NCBI GenBank assembly: GCA_947476525.1
Contig: CANJQY010000001.1
Coordinates: 1-60,434 of the forward strand
DNA from: Oligoflexales bacterium
GTDB taxonomy: Bacteria; Bdellovibrionota_B; Oligoflexia; Oligoflexales; RGVZ01
Length of the DNA: 60,434 nt
Direction of reading: 5' to 3'
Both the position numbers and the translations under genes were made by a program. Shown in pieces: positions 1-8,582 of this stretch (its first letter is position 1; each line of letters opens with the position of its first letter). The notes below the pieces were generated by a model. That model made no database searches. It was not told where the DNA came from and saw nothing but the letters and a program-made list of their open reading frames with translations.

Positions 1-451
1 CCACAACTTTTTGATCCACATCGGGCCGACCACCCAATGCATATTGCAAACCAGTTGATCCGGAAAGTAAAACTGGAAGTTTGGCCCAGAATTCTTCCAT
101 CCCGAACGCCTCATCAATCGCTAGCTTTTCTTTGGCAACTGTAACTCCCATTCGTAGGCCGTTCCACAGCTCGGCAACTGGATCCTTGGTTCGAAGAAAC
201 AATAGGACTCTTGAATCTCTTGAGTCTTTGGAATCTTTAGTGGCGTCCTTATGGGAAAGGATCAACAAGACCGCATCAGTTTCACTAAAGCCTGTCAGGT
301 AATAAAACATCGAGTCCTGGCGCCAAGGTCCCTCCACAGTGCTGTTACGGTAGCCTTGAGGCTGTGCAAATAACAACATCGATTGGCCATTTAGCGCAGA
401 AATGACTCGATCAAGTCGAGCCCGGTAATTGATAGGTGGAAGATTCAACAT
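1..451 (-). CDS. pepP: Xaa-Pro aminopeptidase (M24B, PepP-like), N-terminal part; the gene runs off the window start
   Basis: My translation of the minus strand from the ATG at 451 gives MLNLPPINYRARLDRVISALNGQSMLLFAQPQGYRNSTVEGPWRQDSMFYYLTGFSETDAVLL... The RQDSxFYYLTGF block is typical of the AMP_N domain of PepP. It is absent from the ORF track because the window edge truncates it. Confidence 0.55.
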   Translation of the reverse strand, partial: MLNLPPINYRARLDRVISALNGQSMLLFAQPQGYRNSTVEGPWRQDSMFYYLTGFSETDAVLLILSHKDATKDSKDSRDSRVLLFLRTKDPVAELWNGLRMGVTVAKEKLAIDEAFGMEEFWAKLPVLLSGSTGLQYALGGRPDVDQKVV

Positions 452-556
452 TTTGCCCCCGTTCGCTCCTAGATATAATTTGTGAGCGAATTTCTTTCAA
501 GTCTGCATGTTATGTTCAGAATAGGAAAATGGAAAGTCCATCCTCCGTTTGAGCAC

Positions 557-583
557 AAAAAAAGGACACAAACTAATGTGTCC
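557..583 (-). terminator. Rho-independent terminator downstream of the HU-like gene
   Basis: The minus strand reads GGACAC-ATTAGTTT-GTGTCC followed by a run of 7 T, about 75 nt after the stop at 659. Confidence 0.55.
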
Positions 584-658
584 CCTTGAATTAAACTGTT
601 TCCCGAAAAAGGCTACAGCCCGGTGGTAATAAAGGCTTTCGCCGATATTACCTATGGA

Positions 659-1066
659 TTAAACCATTTCCTTAAGAGCCTTAAGAGCGCGAACCTTCAC
701 AACATTGCGTGCTGGTTTAGCTTTGAACATTTGCTCTTGGCCAGTGAATGGGTTGATGCCTTTACGAGCTTTGGTAGCAGGCTTCTGAATGCGGGTAATT
801 TTCATTAGACCAGGGACGGTGAACATTCCAGGACCTTTTTTGCCAACATCAAGTCCAATGACTTCGCCAAGTGCACTGAAGATTGCGCCAATTTCTTTGC
901 GGCTCATTCCTGTGTTGTCAGCAATTGCGGTCATGATTTCACTTTTGGTGCGTGCTTTGTTCACGGACTTGAGTGCTACAGATGCTGCAGTAGCAGTGGT
1001 TTTCGCCTTTGGGGCAGCTTTTGCTTTTACAGTCGTCTTCTTTGCGGTCGCTTTTTTCTTAGCCAT
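659..1066 (-). CDS. HU/IHF-family DNA-binding protein with a Lys/Ala-rich N-terminal tail
   Basis: 135 aa. The C-terminal ~90 aa carry the HU-fold pattern (KSEIMTAIADNTGMSRKEIGAIFSAL ... RKGINPFTGQEQMFKAKPARNVVKVRALKALKE). The first ~40 aa are MAKKKATAKKTTVKAKAAPKAKTTATAAS. An AGGGAG RBS precedes the ATG. Confidence 0.85.
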   Translation of the reverse strand: MAKKKATAKKTTVKAKAAPKAKTTATAASVALKSVNKARTKSEIMTAIADNTGMSRKEIGAIFSALGEVIGLDVGKKGPGMFTVPGLMKITRIQKPATKARKGINPFTGQEQMFKAKPARNVVKVRALKALKEMV

Positions 1067-1189
1067 GTTTTGAGTCTCCCTGAAAATTTATAATTAAAAC
1101 AATTTCGCTCTGTGTAAAAAGCATAAAATGAGGTGAACGAAAAATCAAGCTTCTTCCGCAAGAAATGTCACTTTTTTGAAAAAAAAATC

Positions 1190-2992
1190 CTAAGCAAAAA
1201 AAGATCTCGCCGCCGCAGATTTCCAATTGGCTGGATGTTCAATCATATATTGAACTATTCGCGGCTTCACCTGGCGATCAAAAGCCTTAGAATCCAGTCT
1301 CCGCTGGACGTCTAGAAGAAGTGACCTCCGATCATTGTCGAGTGTCGAAATGTATTTTGATCGTAGTTCGCGGTAAGAATCTGGAGCCACTCGCATCATT
1401 ACCTCTAACTCGTCCTGGGCAATTTTCCGCAGTTTTTGGGCCGCGAGGTCTGGTTTTGAGGCAAAATCATGTTCTTGCTTGACAGTTATTCTATTTAGCG
1501 GCATTGCGGGAATTATTTTATTTGGCACTTCTAAGAAATTTTTCCCCGAATTTTCGACCGACCTATTATCCGTCCCATGGTTTAGCGTCACCGTTTCCGC
1601 CTGAAAAACGGCCGTTCTACACAAATTTATGACCGCCTCCTGACAATAACCGATGGATAGTGAAAATGGAGCTTCGCAATCCTGCTCCATCTCTACAACA
1701 TTTGCCAAGTCTTCTGCCCTAGAAATGGCAGCAATAAAGTCTCGAAATGAGCGCCCAGCGTTAGAGTCATCAACTAATTTACAAATTCCAATCACCGCAT
1801 GCGCCTTGAGTCGTTTTGGCAGGGGGACTATCGAGGATTCTCGAGAGCGGGCAATCCACTCTAAAAATAGCATGTGCGCTTGCAGCATGACACCAGGTGC
1901 AACTCTCAATCCACAGCCTGGTATGTTTGCGATGGCGTTCCAGATTCGATCTAGTACGCTTGCATAGCTGATGCCAGCTCCAGAAATCACTGCCAATGAC
2001 GTGCAAATCGGCTTAATATTCGCAGTTACGGGTCCTCGCAAAATTTTCGAAGAGGACAAACCAAAATACTCGACCTCCGCATGTGACCTCAAACGCTCCG
2101 CAGACGCCTGCCATAGAAGTGTCGGAGAATTGCTTTGGGCTCGCATGTCTAAAGCCATATATCCATGACTCGGATCTCTATGCATGACCCCATGCGCGAC
2201 CAAACGTCGCCCCAGCTTTCCAACCAACCGCAAACGGTCCATTAATAGTGAGCCGGTATCCGCTGCCTTTTTGGGGAGCTTTAGCCCCGCGGTAAGACTT
2301 TCTAAGGAAAGACCAACTAATCCGTCTAAACGTAGCCATGCGCCGTCGCTCTGCATGGCTGCTTCCATCCTAGCGTAAACAACCTGCTCCGGTGCCGATA
2401 GCTCAAGCCATACCGGGGTCCATAGGACGAGTGGAGATCTTCCCTTATTAATAGAAGACAGCCGACCAAAATTTGTCACCTGCCTGAGAAAATCGAGATG
2501 GCCATCCACATATCCAGTCATGAGCTCAATCGCAAACTGACTCGGTTTTAATGATAATTTTTGAAACGGAGACGATTCATCTGAGTCAAACCATGTCTCT
2601 CCAATAAATAGTGGAGTGCTGACTAGCTTACCTTGACCACGGTCCACTAAAAATCGGAGTTGGGGAAGTGCGTCAAAAACTCGCCCAAGTCGCTCTTTTG
2701 ATACTGCGTCAACCCCTGAAAGATGTTTCAATGCTAGCGCCCAATGCAGCTCAACTTCCGAATCCTGATTTTCATCCGTCATTATTTGGCGTTGAATGTC
2801 TCCAAGCAACAAGGCCAATAGCCCAAGCTCGTACGAATCTAAACTGGGAAGTACTGTGCCCGCTGAAACTCCAAATTTCATTGGATCGTGCGGCAACGTC
2901 ACCGATGATTCAAATGCGTGAAGCCACCAACCAGGAACAAACGTTCGTGCGGCTTCAAGGGCGATTAATGATGATGAACTCAGTGGCGTCAC
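1190..2992 (-). CDS. hypothetical protein (600 aa), no domain recognised
   Basis: Long uninterrupted ORF with ordinary composition. I could not identify a Walker, nuclease or other signature. Confidence 0.6.
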   Translation of the reverse strand: MTPLSSSSLIALEAARTFVPGWWLHAFESSVTLPHDPMKFGVSAGTVLPSLDSYELGLLALLLGDIQRQIMTDENQDSEVELHWALALKHLSGVDAVSKERLGRVFDALPQLRFLVDRGQGKLVSTPLFIGETWFDSDESSPFQKLSLKPSQFAIELMTGYVDGHLDFLRQVTNFGRLSSINKGRSPLVLWTPVWLELSAPEQVVYARMEAAMQSDGAWLRLDGLVGLSLESLTAGLKLPKKAADTGSLLMDRLRLVGKLGRRLVAHGVMHRDPSHGYMALDMRAQSNSPTLLWQASAERLRSHAEVEYFGLSSSKILRGPVTANIKPICTSLAVISGAGISYASVLDRIWNAIANIPGCGLRVAPGVMLQAHMLFLEWIARSRESSIVPLPKRLKAHAVIGICKLVDDSNAGRSFRDFIAAISRAEDLANVVEMEQDCEAPFSLSIGYCQEAVINLCRTAVFQAETVTLNHGTDNRSVENSGKNFLEVPNKIIPAMPLNRITVKQEHDFASKPDLAAQKLRKIAQDELEVMMRVAPDSYRELRSKYISTLDNDRRSLLLDVQRRLDSKAFDRQVKPRIVQYMIEHPANWKSAAARSFFA

Positions 2993-3274
2993 GAAATAAC
3001 ATGCTCCATAATGACAATTGACAACTGACCAGTGACCCTCGGCCAGCCTAATGACTTTAATCCAAAGGCAGCACCTTTAGTTACCTAAATTCGACACATA
3101 TTGTCGATGTTTATTAAAAAATATTGTTTTTTAACTTATTGATATTGCAGTATTTAATTTTTAATTTTTTAGAAATGCTAAATTCCCTCTCGATTACACC
3201 GACAACTGGTCGTTGAAAGAGCAGGCCAACCTGTTTCTTGAGCGAGTATCGCCAGCCAACTGGAGACCAGGGAA

Positions 3275-4573
3275 ATGGAATCACTGAAAAAAATGAAGGA
3301 AATCGTGACCGCCTGGGAATCCCTTTTGGTGGTGACCATAGCTCTTATTTTATTGGACTTGCCGCTTGGGGCGGCCTTTAGACATACACCAACAAAAATA
3401 GAAAGCGTCTTGGACATTCTCGTTAGCGCTATTTTTCTCTTCGATTTCCTTTCGTCAAAAGCAGGCACGGAAATAGCGGCTTATTCAAAGTTAAAATCAG
3501 CCCTCCGATTTATTGCCTGCCTACCGCTAATGTCAGCTGCAATCGGGCTCGGCGCCAACGGTGAACACTGGCCTCTATATTTACAATTTACAAAAATATT
3601 TCGCTTACCAAGCATTATTAGCCTGATGTCAGAGCGGAGTAAAATGAATCAGGTGCCAAATTTATTTAAATTTTGTGCGGTGGCGACTATCGTATTCGTC
3701 ATGATTAATGGTTTTTCATGTGTGTGGCTCGTCATTTACCCCCCAGGAGAGGACAAACTAACCGACTATATTAAGGCTGCATACTGGCTAATTACCACCA
3801 TCTCCACCGTTGGCTACGGCGACATCACCCCTCAAACCAGCGGTGGCCGAATTTTCGCCATGGGAATGATGATCATGGGGGCGACCATTTGGGGTATTTT
3901 AATTGCCAGTGCCTCAAGAATGATGCTGGCCAATGATCGAAGAAAGGAACGGGCAAAAGAAAAAATGGAGGCCCTGCATTCATTCTTCAATCAATACGAC
4001 GTGCCAAAGCATCTCCAAGCACAAGCCGTCGGATTCTTTAACCATTTGTCGTCGCGAAATATTAGCGAAGACGAACAAGCAGCCATTAGTGAACTGCCTG
4101 CCGCACTGCAAAGCGAACTTCAAACCTTCATGAACCTGAAGCCCATCAGTCGAGTTAGCCTGTTTAAAGGGGTTTCGTTTGAATGCTTGTCTGCCATCGC
4201 CAAAAAGCTTGAGCAAGTATATTTCTCGCCAGGAGAAAAAATCATTCAAAAAGGTGACGTAGGCCAAGAAATGTATTTGATCGGTCACGGCACAGTCACG
4301 GTTCATAACGGCGAGCAATTTATCACAAATCTTGGCCCGGGAACTTGCGTCGGAGAAATGGCGTTAATTGGGGACGGTGTGAGGAGTACCGATGTTACAT
4401 CGCAAAGTTATTGCGATGTTTTCAAACTCTCAAAGGACAAATTTGAGGAGCTCTTAAGTGCCCACACAGATTTGAGAATAAATATTGAAAGGCTCGTACT
4501 TGAGCGAAAAAACCGCTCCGCGGCACCAGCTGGCACCAATAAAAATATGCAACCCGCGAAAAAGGCTAGTTGA
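3275..4573 (+). CDS. cyclic-nucleotide-gated K+ channel (MloK1-like: 6TM pore plus C-terminal cNMP-binding domain)
   Basis: K+ selectivity filter TTISTVGYGDITP. The C-terminal domain shows a cNMP-binding pattern (SLFKGVSFECL..., GDVGQEMYLIGHGTV..., GEMALIGDGVRS). Confidence 0.8.
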   Translation: MESLKKMKEIVTAWESLLVVTIALILLDLPLGAAFRHTPTKIESVLDILVSAIFLFDFLSSKAGTEIAAYSKLKSALRFIACLPLMSAAIGLGANGEHWPLYLQFTKIFRLPSIISLMSERSKMNQVPNLFKFCAVATIVFVMINGFSCVWLVIYPPGEDKLTDYIKAAYWLITTISTVGYGDITPQTSGGRIFAMGMMIMGATIWGILIASASRMMLANDRRKERAKEKMEALHSFFNQYDVPKHLQAQAVGFFNHLSSRNISEDEQAAISELPAALQSELQTFMNLKPISRVSLFKGVSFECLSAIAKKLEQVYFSPGEKIIQKGDVGQEMYLIGHGTVTVHNGEQFITNLGPGTCVGEMALIGDGVRSTDVTSQSYCDVFKLSKDKFEELLSAHTDLRINIERLVLERKNRSAAPAGTNKNMQPAKKAS

Positions 4574-4615
4574 ATTTTGTCAATCTATCCCAACAAATGA
4601 CGACTAGACCTGCAC

Positions 4616-5218
4616 TCAATGATGGCCATGGCGAACATAAGAATGAATTTCAGCTTCTTTCGTGTGAGGTTTGTCCGTAATCGGATGCTTTTCATTCTCA
4701 TCCTTAACACTAGGAATGCCACCGTTCAGCTGTGGGCGTTGAGCGAGATAGTCTTTGGTGTAAACCCACTTTTGTTCTGCTAATCCAGTCATCACATATT
4801 CTGGCCCAAGGCGAATGGCGTCCACGGGGCAAGCCTCCTCGCAAAATCCGCAGAACACACAACGTAAAATATCTATTTCAAATCGCACAGGAAATTTCTC
4901 AATTTCGTTTTCAGGATGCTGGCCGGCTTCAATGTGTATGCACTGTGCTGGACAATTCGTGGCACAAAGGAAACAGGCTGTGCACCGCACATTCCCATCA
5001 TCTCTAAGCGTCAAAAAGTGCTTGCCTTTGAACCGCGGGCTATAGGTAGCAGGTTCTTCAGGCCACTCGACCGAATTCGTTTTTTCGATACCGGTGATTT
5101 GCACCATGAATGTTTTAGCTGTAAATTTCATGCCTGCCATAATGGTTGTGAAATAACCCCACGCCGCATCAAAGGCATTAGCATCTACAGGGGGAGGAGC
5201 TACTTTTTTAACTGCCAT
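4616..5218 (-). CDS. nuoI: NADH-quinone oxidoreductase subunit I
   Basis: Two 4Fe-4S ferredoxin motifs, CTACFLCATNCP and CVFCGFCEEACP. Start moved to the ATG at 5218 (MAVKK...), which has AAGGAG upstream and removes the overlap with the nuoG stop. Confidence 0.9.
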   Translation of the reverse strand: MAVKKVAPPPVDANAFDAAWGYFTTIMAGMKFTAKTFMVQITGIEKTNSVEWPEEPATYSPRFKGKHFLTLRDDGNVRCTACFLCATNCPAQCIHIEAGQHPENEIEKFPVRFEIDILRCVFCGFCEEACPVDAIRLGPEYVMTGLAEQKWVYTKDYLAQRPQLNGGIPSVKDENEKHPITDKPHTKEAEIHSYVRHGHH

Positions 5219-5234
5219 AAATTCATTCTCCTTT

Positions 5235-6740
5235 TTAGTGAGCCTTAGAATAGGCTTCTTCAAGCGCTTTAACGGTGTCGCCTACGCAATGTGCGCCGGC
5301 AACGGGACAATTAAATGGCGTTGTTAAATGGCCATTTTTACCGTCTTGATTAATAAAGGTTCCGCGTTTCTCCGCAAAGCCCTTCAGTGGCACGATATGT
5401 TTGACCCCGTGACTTTTATCGTCCGCTCCATCAAAAATCCCACTGACCGTCCAAAAAGAGACGAAATCTATTGCTGAAAGACCGGTTAACTGTGTTTTGA
5501 AACTTGGAAAGCTTCCCAAAATTTCAGGGACTAGAGCAACAATAACTTTTGCTCCCGATCTTTCTGCGTCCTCAATTTGATTAATCGGTTTATCACTTCC
5601 CACGCCATGTTTCTTCATTGCTGCCAACAATCCGGCCGTGTTTGAATTACGGTCGCCACGTAGAAGTATCCCATCAAAATCGGAAATTTTTTCGGTTGGT
5701 TCACGCCATTGGTAGACTTTTTTAATGCCAAGTTTGCCAACAAAGAAATCAAAAAATGCCGCGTACTCTTCGTTCGTGTACTGTGCCGAAACAAGCAATG
5801 CCACATTCTCAGCCTTAGCGTGCTTAAGCTTCGCCGCAAGGTGCTTCATAGATTCGCCAAAATCAACCTCACGACGCTTACCCTCTCCCGAAACAAAGGC
5901 AAACCGCTGGCGATTTTCTTGATTCAAGTGGCGGTATGTGGTGCGGCCGTAATCGCACATCCAATGTCCATTGGCCTCACCTTGTCGCGGTTTAATGCGA
6001 TAATAGGTGCCCGTTTCCTCTTTTGCAAAAACATCCACTTGGCACCCGGTTGCACACCCAGAGCAGGTGGACGGCTTGTCTTTTAAGAACCAAACTCTCT
6101 GTTTAAAGCGGAAATCCTTTGAGGTGAAAGCCCCAACAGGACAAATATCCACCAAATTTGCAGTGTATTTATGGCTAATTTTTTTACCCGGAAAAGTTCC
6201 AATAATAGAATGATCGCCCCGGTCAAAAATTCCTAGCGCGCCTGACTTAGTGACTTCATTTTCAAAACGCACGCAGCGACTGCACAGAATACAACGTTCC
6301 GTGTCGAGCACCAAATCTCCGCCAATTTGAAGAGCTTTAGGCTTTAAAACCTTTGGTCGTTCCATTTGACTCTGATATTTTCCGACAGACATATAATAGT
6401 CTTGAAGGCCGCATTCCCCTGCTTGATCGCAGATAGGGCAGTCTAAAGGATGGTTGATCAAGTGAAATTCCAAAGCCCATTTATGAGCGTCCTTCACTTC
6501 GTCTGTATCGGTGCGCACTTCCATGCCTTCGGTCGCCTGAAGGTTGCACGCAATTTCTAGCTTTGGACGACCCTCGATTTTAACCAAACAAAATCGGCAA
6601 ACACCTGCAATTGATAGACCAGGATGCCAGCAAAAATGTGGAATCTTGATTTTCATTTGTTGAGCGGCCTGCATCACAGTTGTTCCTTTAGGAACAGTGA
6701 CTGCCTGACTATTAATTTTAAATGAGACTGTCTCGCTCAC
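5235..6740 (-). CDS. nuoG: NADH-quinone oxidoreductase subunit G (short, 501-aa form)
   Basis: N-terminal 2Fe-2S motif CWHPGLSIAGVCRFCLV, then HPLDCPICDQAGEC and CILCSRCVRFENEV cluster motifs, then a short molybdopterin-oxidoreductase-like region. Overlaps nuoF by 4 nt. Confidence 0.85.
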   Translation of the reverse strand: MSETVSFKINSQAVTVPKGTTVMQAAQQMKIKIPHFCWHPGLSIAGVCRFCLVKIEGRPKLEIACNLQATEGMEVRTDTDEVKDAHKWALEFHLINHPLDCPICDQAGECGLQDYYMSVGKYQSQMERPKVLKPKALQIGGDLVLDTERCILCSRCVRFENEVTKSGALGIFDRGDHSIIGTFPGKKISHKYTANLVDICPVGAFTSKDFRFKQRVWFLKDKPSTCSGCATGCQVDVFAKEETGTYYRIKPRQGEANGHWMCDYGRTTYRHLNQENRQRFAFVSGEGKRREVDFGESMKHLAAKLKHAKAENVALLVSAQYTNEEYAAFFDFFVGKLGIKKVYQWREPTEKISDFDGILLRGDRNSNTAGLLAAMKKHGVGSDKPINQIEDAERSGAKVIVALVPEILGSFPSFKTQLTGLSAIDFVSFWTVSGIFDGADDKSHGVKHIVPLKGFAEKRGTFINQDGKNGHLTTPFNCPVAGAHCVGDTVKALEEAYSKAH

Positions 6741-8011
6741 GCTGAAGTACCTCGCTTGATGTAGGCTCGGATTTCATCTCCGAACTTCTTAGTTATTGCC
6801 ATGGTTGGCATTGCAGCCGCGTCTGACAACGCGCAAATGGTACGTCCGCCCATTTGTTTTGCCACCAGCCACAATTTTTCGACATCTGTTTCCTTGCCTT
6901 CGTGATCCACAATTCCATCCATAATATTTGCCAACCAACCCGTACCCTCGCGACAAGGGGTGCATTGACCGCAGCTCTCATGATGAAAAAAATCGGTGAT
7001 CGTTTTCATGAGATCAACCATACTTTGACGGTCGTCCACGATCATTACGGCCCCGGATCCCAACATGGAACCCTTGCCTGCAATCGCCTCGTAATCCATT
7101 GTCAAACCTTTGAGTTCATCAGGAAGAAGAATTGGCGCCGAGGCCCCCCCGGGAATGCAGGCTTTTAGTGTTCGCCCAGGCAACATGCCGCCAGCATCCT
7201 CATTCAAAAACTTTTCAAAACTATAGCCAAGGGGCAATTCGTAAACTCCTGGGCGCTGGACGGCTCCCGAAATACAAAATAATTTTGTGCCGGCGGCCTT
7301 TTCAGTGCCGATCGCTTTATATGCCGCCGCACCATTTGTGATGATCCATGGAACCGCCGCAAATGTTTCTGTGTTATTTACGATGGTTGGTTTACCCAAA
7401 TATCCAGATACCGCAGGAAATGGCGGTTTTAGTTTTGGCTGGCCTTTTTTGCCCTCTAGGGAAGACAGCAAACCCGTTTCTTCACCGCATATATACGCAC
7501 CCGCACCAGTATAATGGTCGAGGTCAAAATCAAATCCTGAACCCAGGATGTTTTTTCCTAGATAACCCTCTTCGTACGCTTCTTTAATTGCTTTTTCTAG
7601 CCATTTTATTTCGTCAAAAAATTCGTAACGAGTGTAAATATACCCCTTGGTTGCGTTGATTGCTTTCCCCGCAATAATCATGCCCTCGACAATCATGTGC
7701 GGGCTAAGCTCCATGATATACCGATCTTTGAACGTGCCCGGTTCACCCTCATCATTATTGCAAATGAGATAGCGTGGGCCAGGAATATTTTGCGGAACAA
7801 AACTCCACTTGAGACCCGTAGGAAAACCCGCCCCCCCACGACCGCGAAGTCCAGATTGTTTCACTTCGTCGATGATTTGGGTGGACTGCATGGCCATCGC
7901 TTTTTTAAGTGCTGAGTAGCCACCTTTTGCGGTGTACGTAGCCAAATCTCGGCTATTCGGTACACCCTCAAAGGCGGTTAAAATTTTCACTTTATCAACT
8001 GTGTTACCCAT
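6737..8011 (-). CDS. nuoF: NADH-quinone oxidoreductase subunit F
   Basis: GLRGRGGAGFPTGLKWSF (FMN/NADH site) and ESCGQCTPCREG (N3 cluster) motifs. Confidence 0.95.
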   Translation of the reverse strand: MGNTVDKVKILTAFEGVPNSRDLATYTAKGGYSALKKAMAMQSTQIIDEVKQSGLRGRGGAGFPTGLKWSFVPQNIPGPRYLICNNDEGEPGTFKDRYIMELSPHMIVEGMIIAGKAINATKGYIYTRYEFFDEIKWLEKAIKEAYEEGYLGKNILGSGFDFDLDHYTGAGAYICGEETGLLSSLEGKKGQPKLKPPFPAVSGYLGKPTIVNNTETFAAVPWIITNGAAAYKAIGTEKAAGTKLFCISGAVQRPGVYELPLGYSFEKFLNEDAGGMLPGRTLKACIPGGASAPILLPDELKGLTMDYEAIAGKGSMLGSGAVMIVDDRQSMVDLMKTITDFFHHESCGQCTPCREGTGWLANIMDGIVDHEGKETDVEKLWLVAKQMGGRTICALSDAAAMPTMAITKKFGDEIRAYIKRGTSA

Positions 8012-8022
8012 GGACTCTCACC

Positions 8023-8511
8023 TCACTTTAGTGATGCGTATTTTTCAAGAATTTGATCGACATTGTCAACGGTGACCTTGTGGTGTCGATCCTTATTTAC
8101 TAGCATTGCAGGAGCCTGATCACAAACACCTAGGCACGGCACACCAATCATTTCAAAGGGGGCACTCTCCCCGTGTTTTTCTTCAAGACGCTTGATATGA
8201 ACCTCAATTTTCTTCATCACATCCTTCGCCCCCATCATGCAACAAACTATATTGTCGCAAAACTGAATTGGATGCTTGCGCGGCTTCTCCTGCCGGTAGG
8301 CTTTATAAAACGTCAGCACCTCTTTGACATGGACGCGGCTCAGTCCATACACGGCTTCTAAAGCGTCAACATGGGTGTCTTGAACCCACTCACACTCGTC
8401 TTGAATCGCATGCAGAATTGGTAGAATTGACGAACGTTTAGTTTCATAACGCGCCAATTCACTTTTGATCTTCGTCTGAAGTGCGCTGGAGAAAATATTG
8501 TCTACACTCAT
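8023..8511 (-). CDS. nuoE: NADH-quinone oxidoreductase subunit E
   Basis: 162-aa thioredoxin-like 2Fe-2S subunit with Cys pattern FCDNIVCCMMG ... VPCLGVCDQAP. Sits between nuoCD and nuoF. Confidence 0.9.
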   Translation of the reverse strand: MSVDNIFSSALQTKIKSELARYETKRSSILPILHAIQDECEWVQDTHVDALEAVYGLSRVHVKEVLTFYKAYRQEKPRKHPIQFCDNIVCCMMGAKDVMKKIEVHIKRLEEKHGESAPFEMIGVPCLGVCDQAPAMLVNKDRHHKVTVDNVDQILEKYASLK

Positions 8512-8543
8512 ATTAACTTTGTCCTATCCATACAAACGTTCAC

Positions 8544-8582
8544 GGTTAACGGTCAGGGTTAACGGTCAGGGTTAACGGTCAA
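8544..8582. repeat. 13-bp tandem repeat x3 (GGTTAACGGTCAG)
   Basis: Three consecutive copies read directly at 8544-8556, 8557-8569 and 8570-8582. The last copy ends in A rather than G. The nuoCD stop codon (TAA, minus strand, 8572-8574) lies inside the third copy. Confidence 0.9.

Noticed and set aside
789-1073. Antisense or shadow ORFs nested in well-supported genes. Examples are 789-1073(+), 4916-5248(+), 16787-17341(-), 24873-25322(+), 30158-30616(-), 36883-37308(+), 39679-40074(+), 47802-48206(+) and 56746-57288(+).
   Set aside because: Each lies entirely opposite a CDS with strong motif evidence or much greater length. They have low-complexity, Arg/Ser/Pro-rich translations and lack RBS support.
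8544-8582. CRISPR-like array. This applies here and to the 16-bp repeats at 44941-44988.
   Set aside because: The units are directly abutting with no spacers, only 13-16 bp long and only three copies each. No cas genes are in the window.
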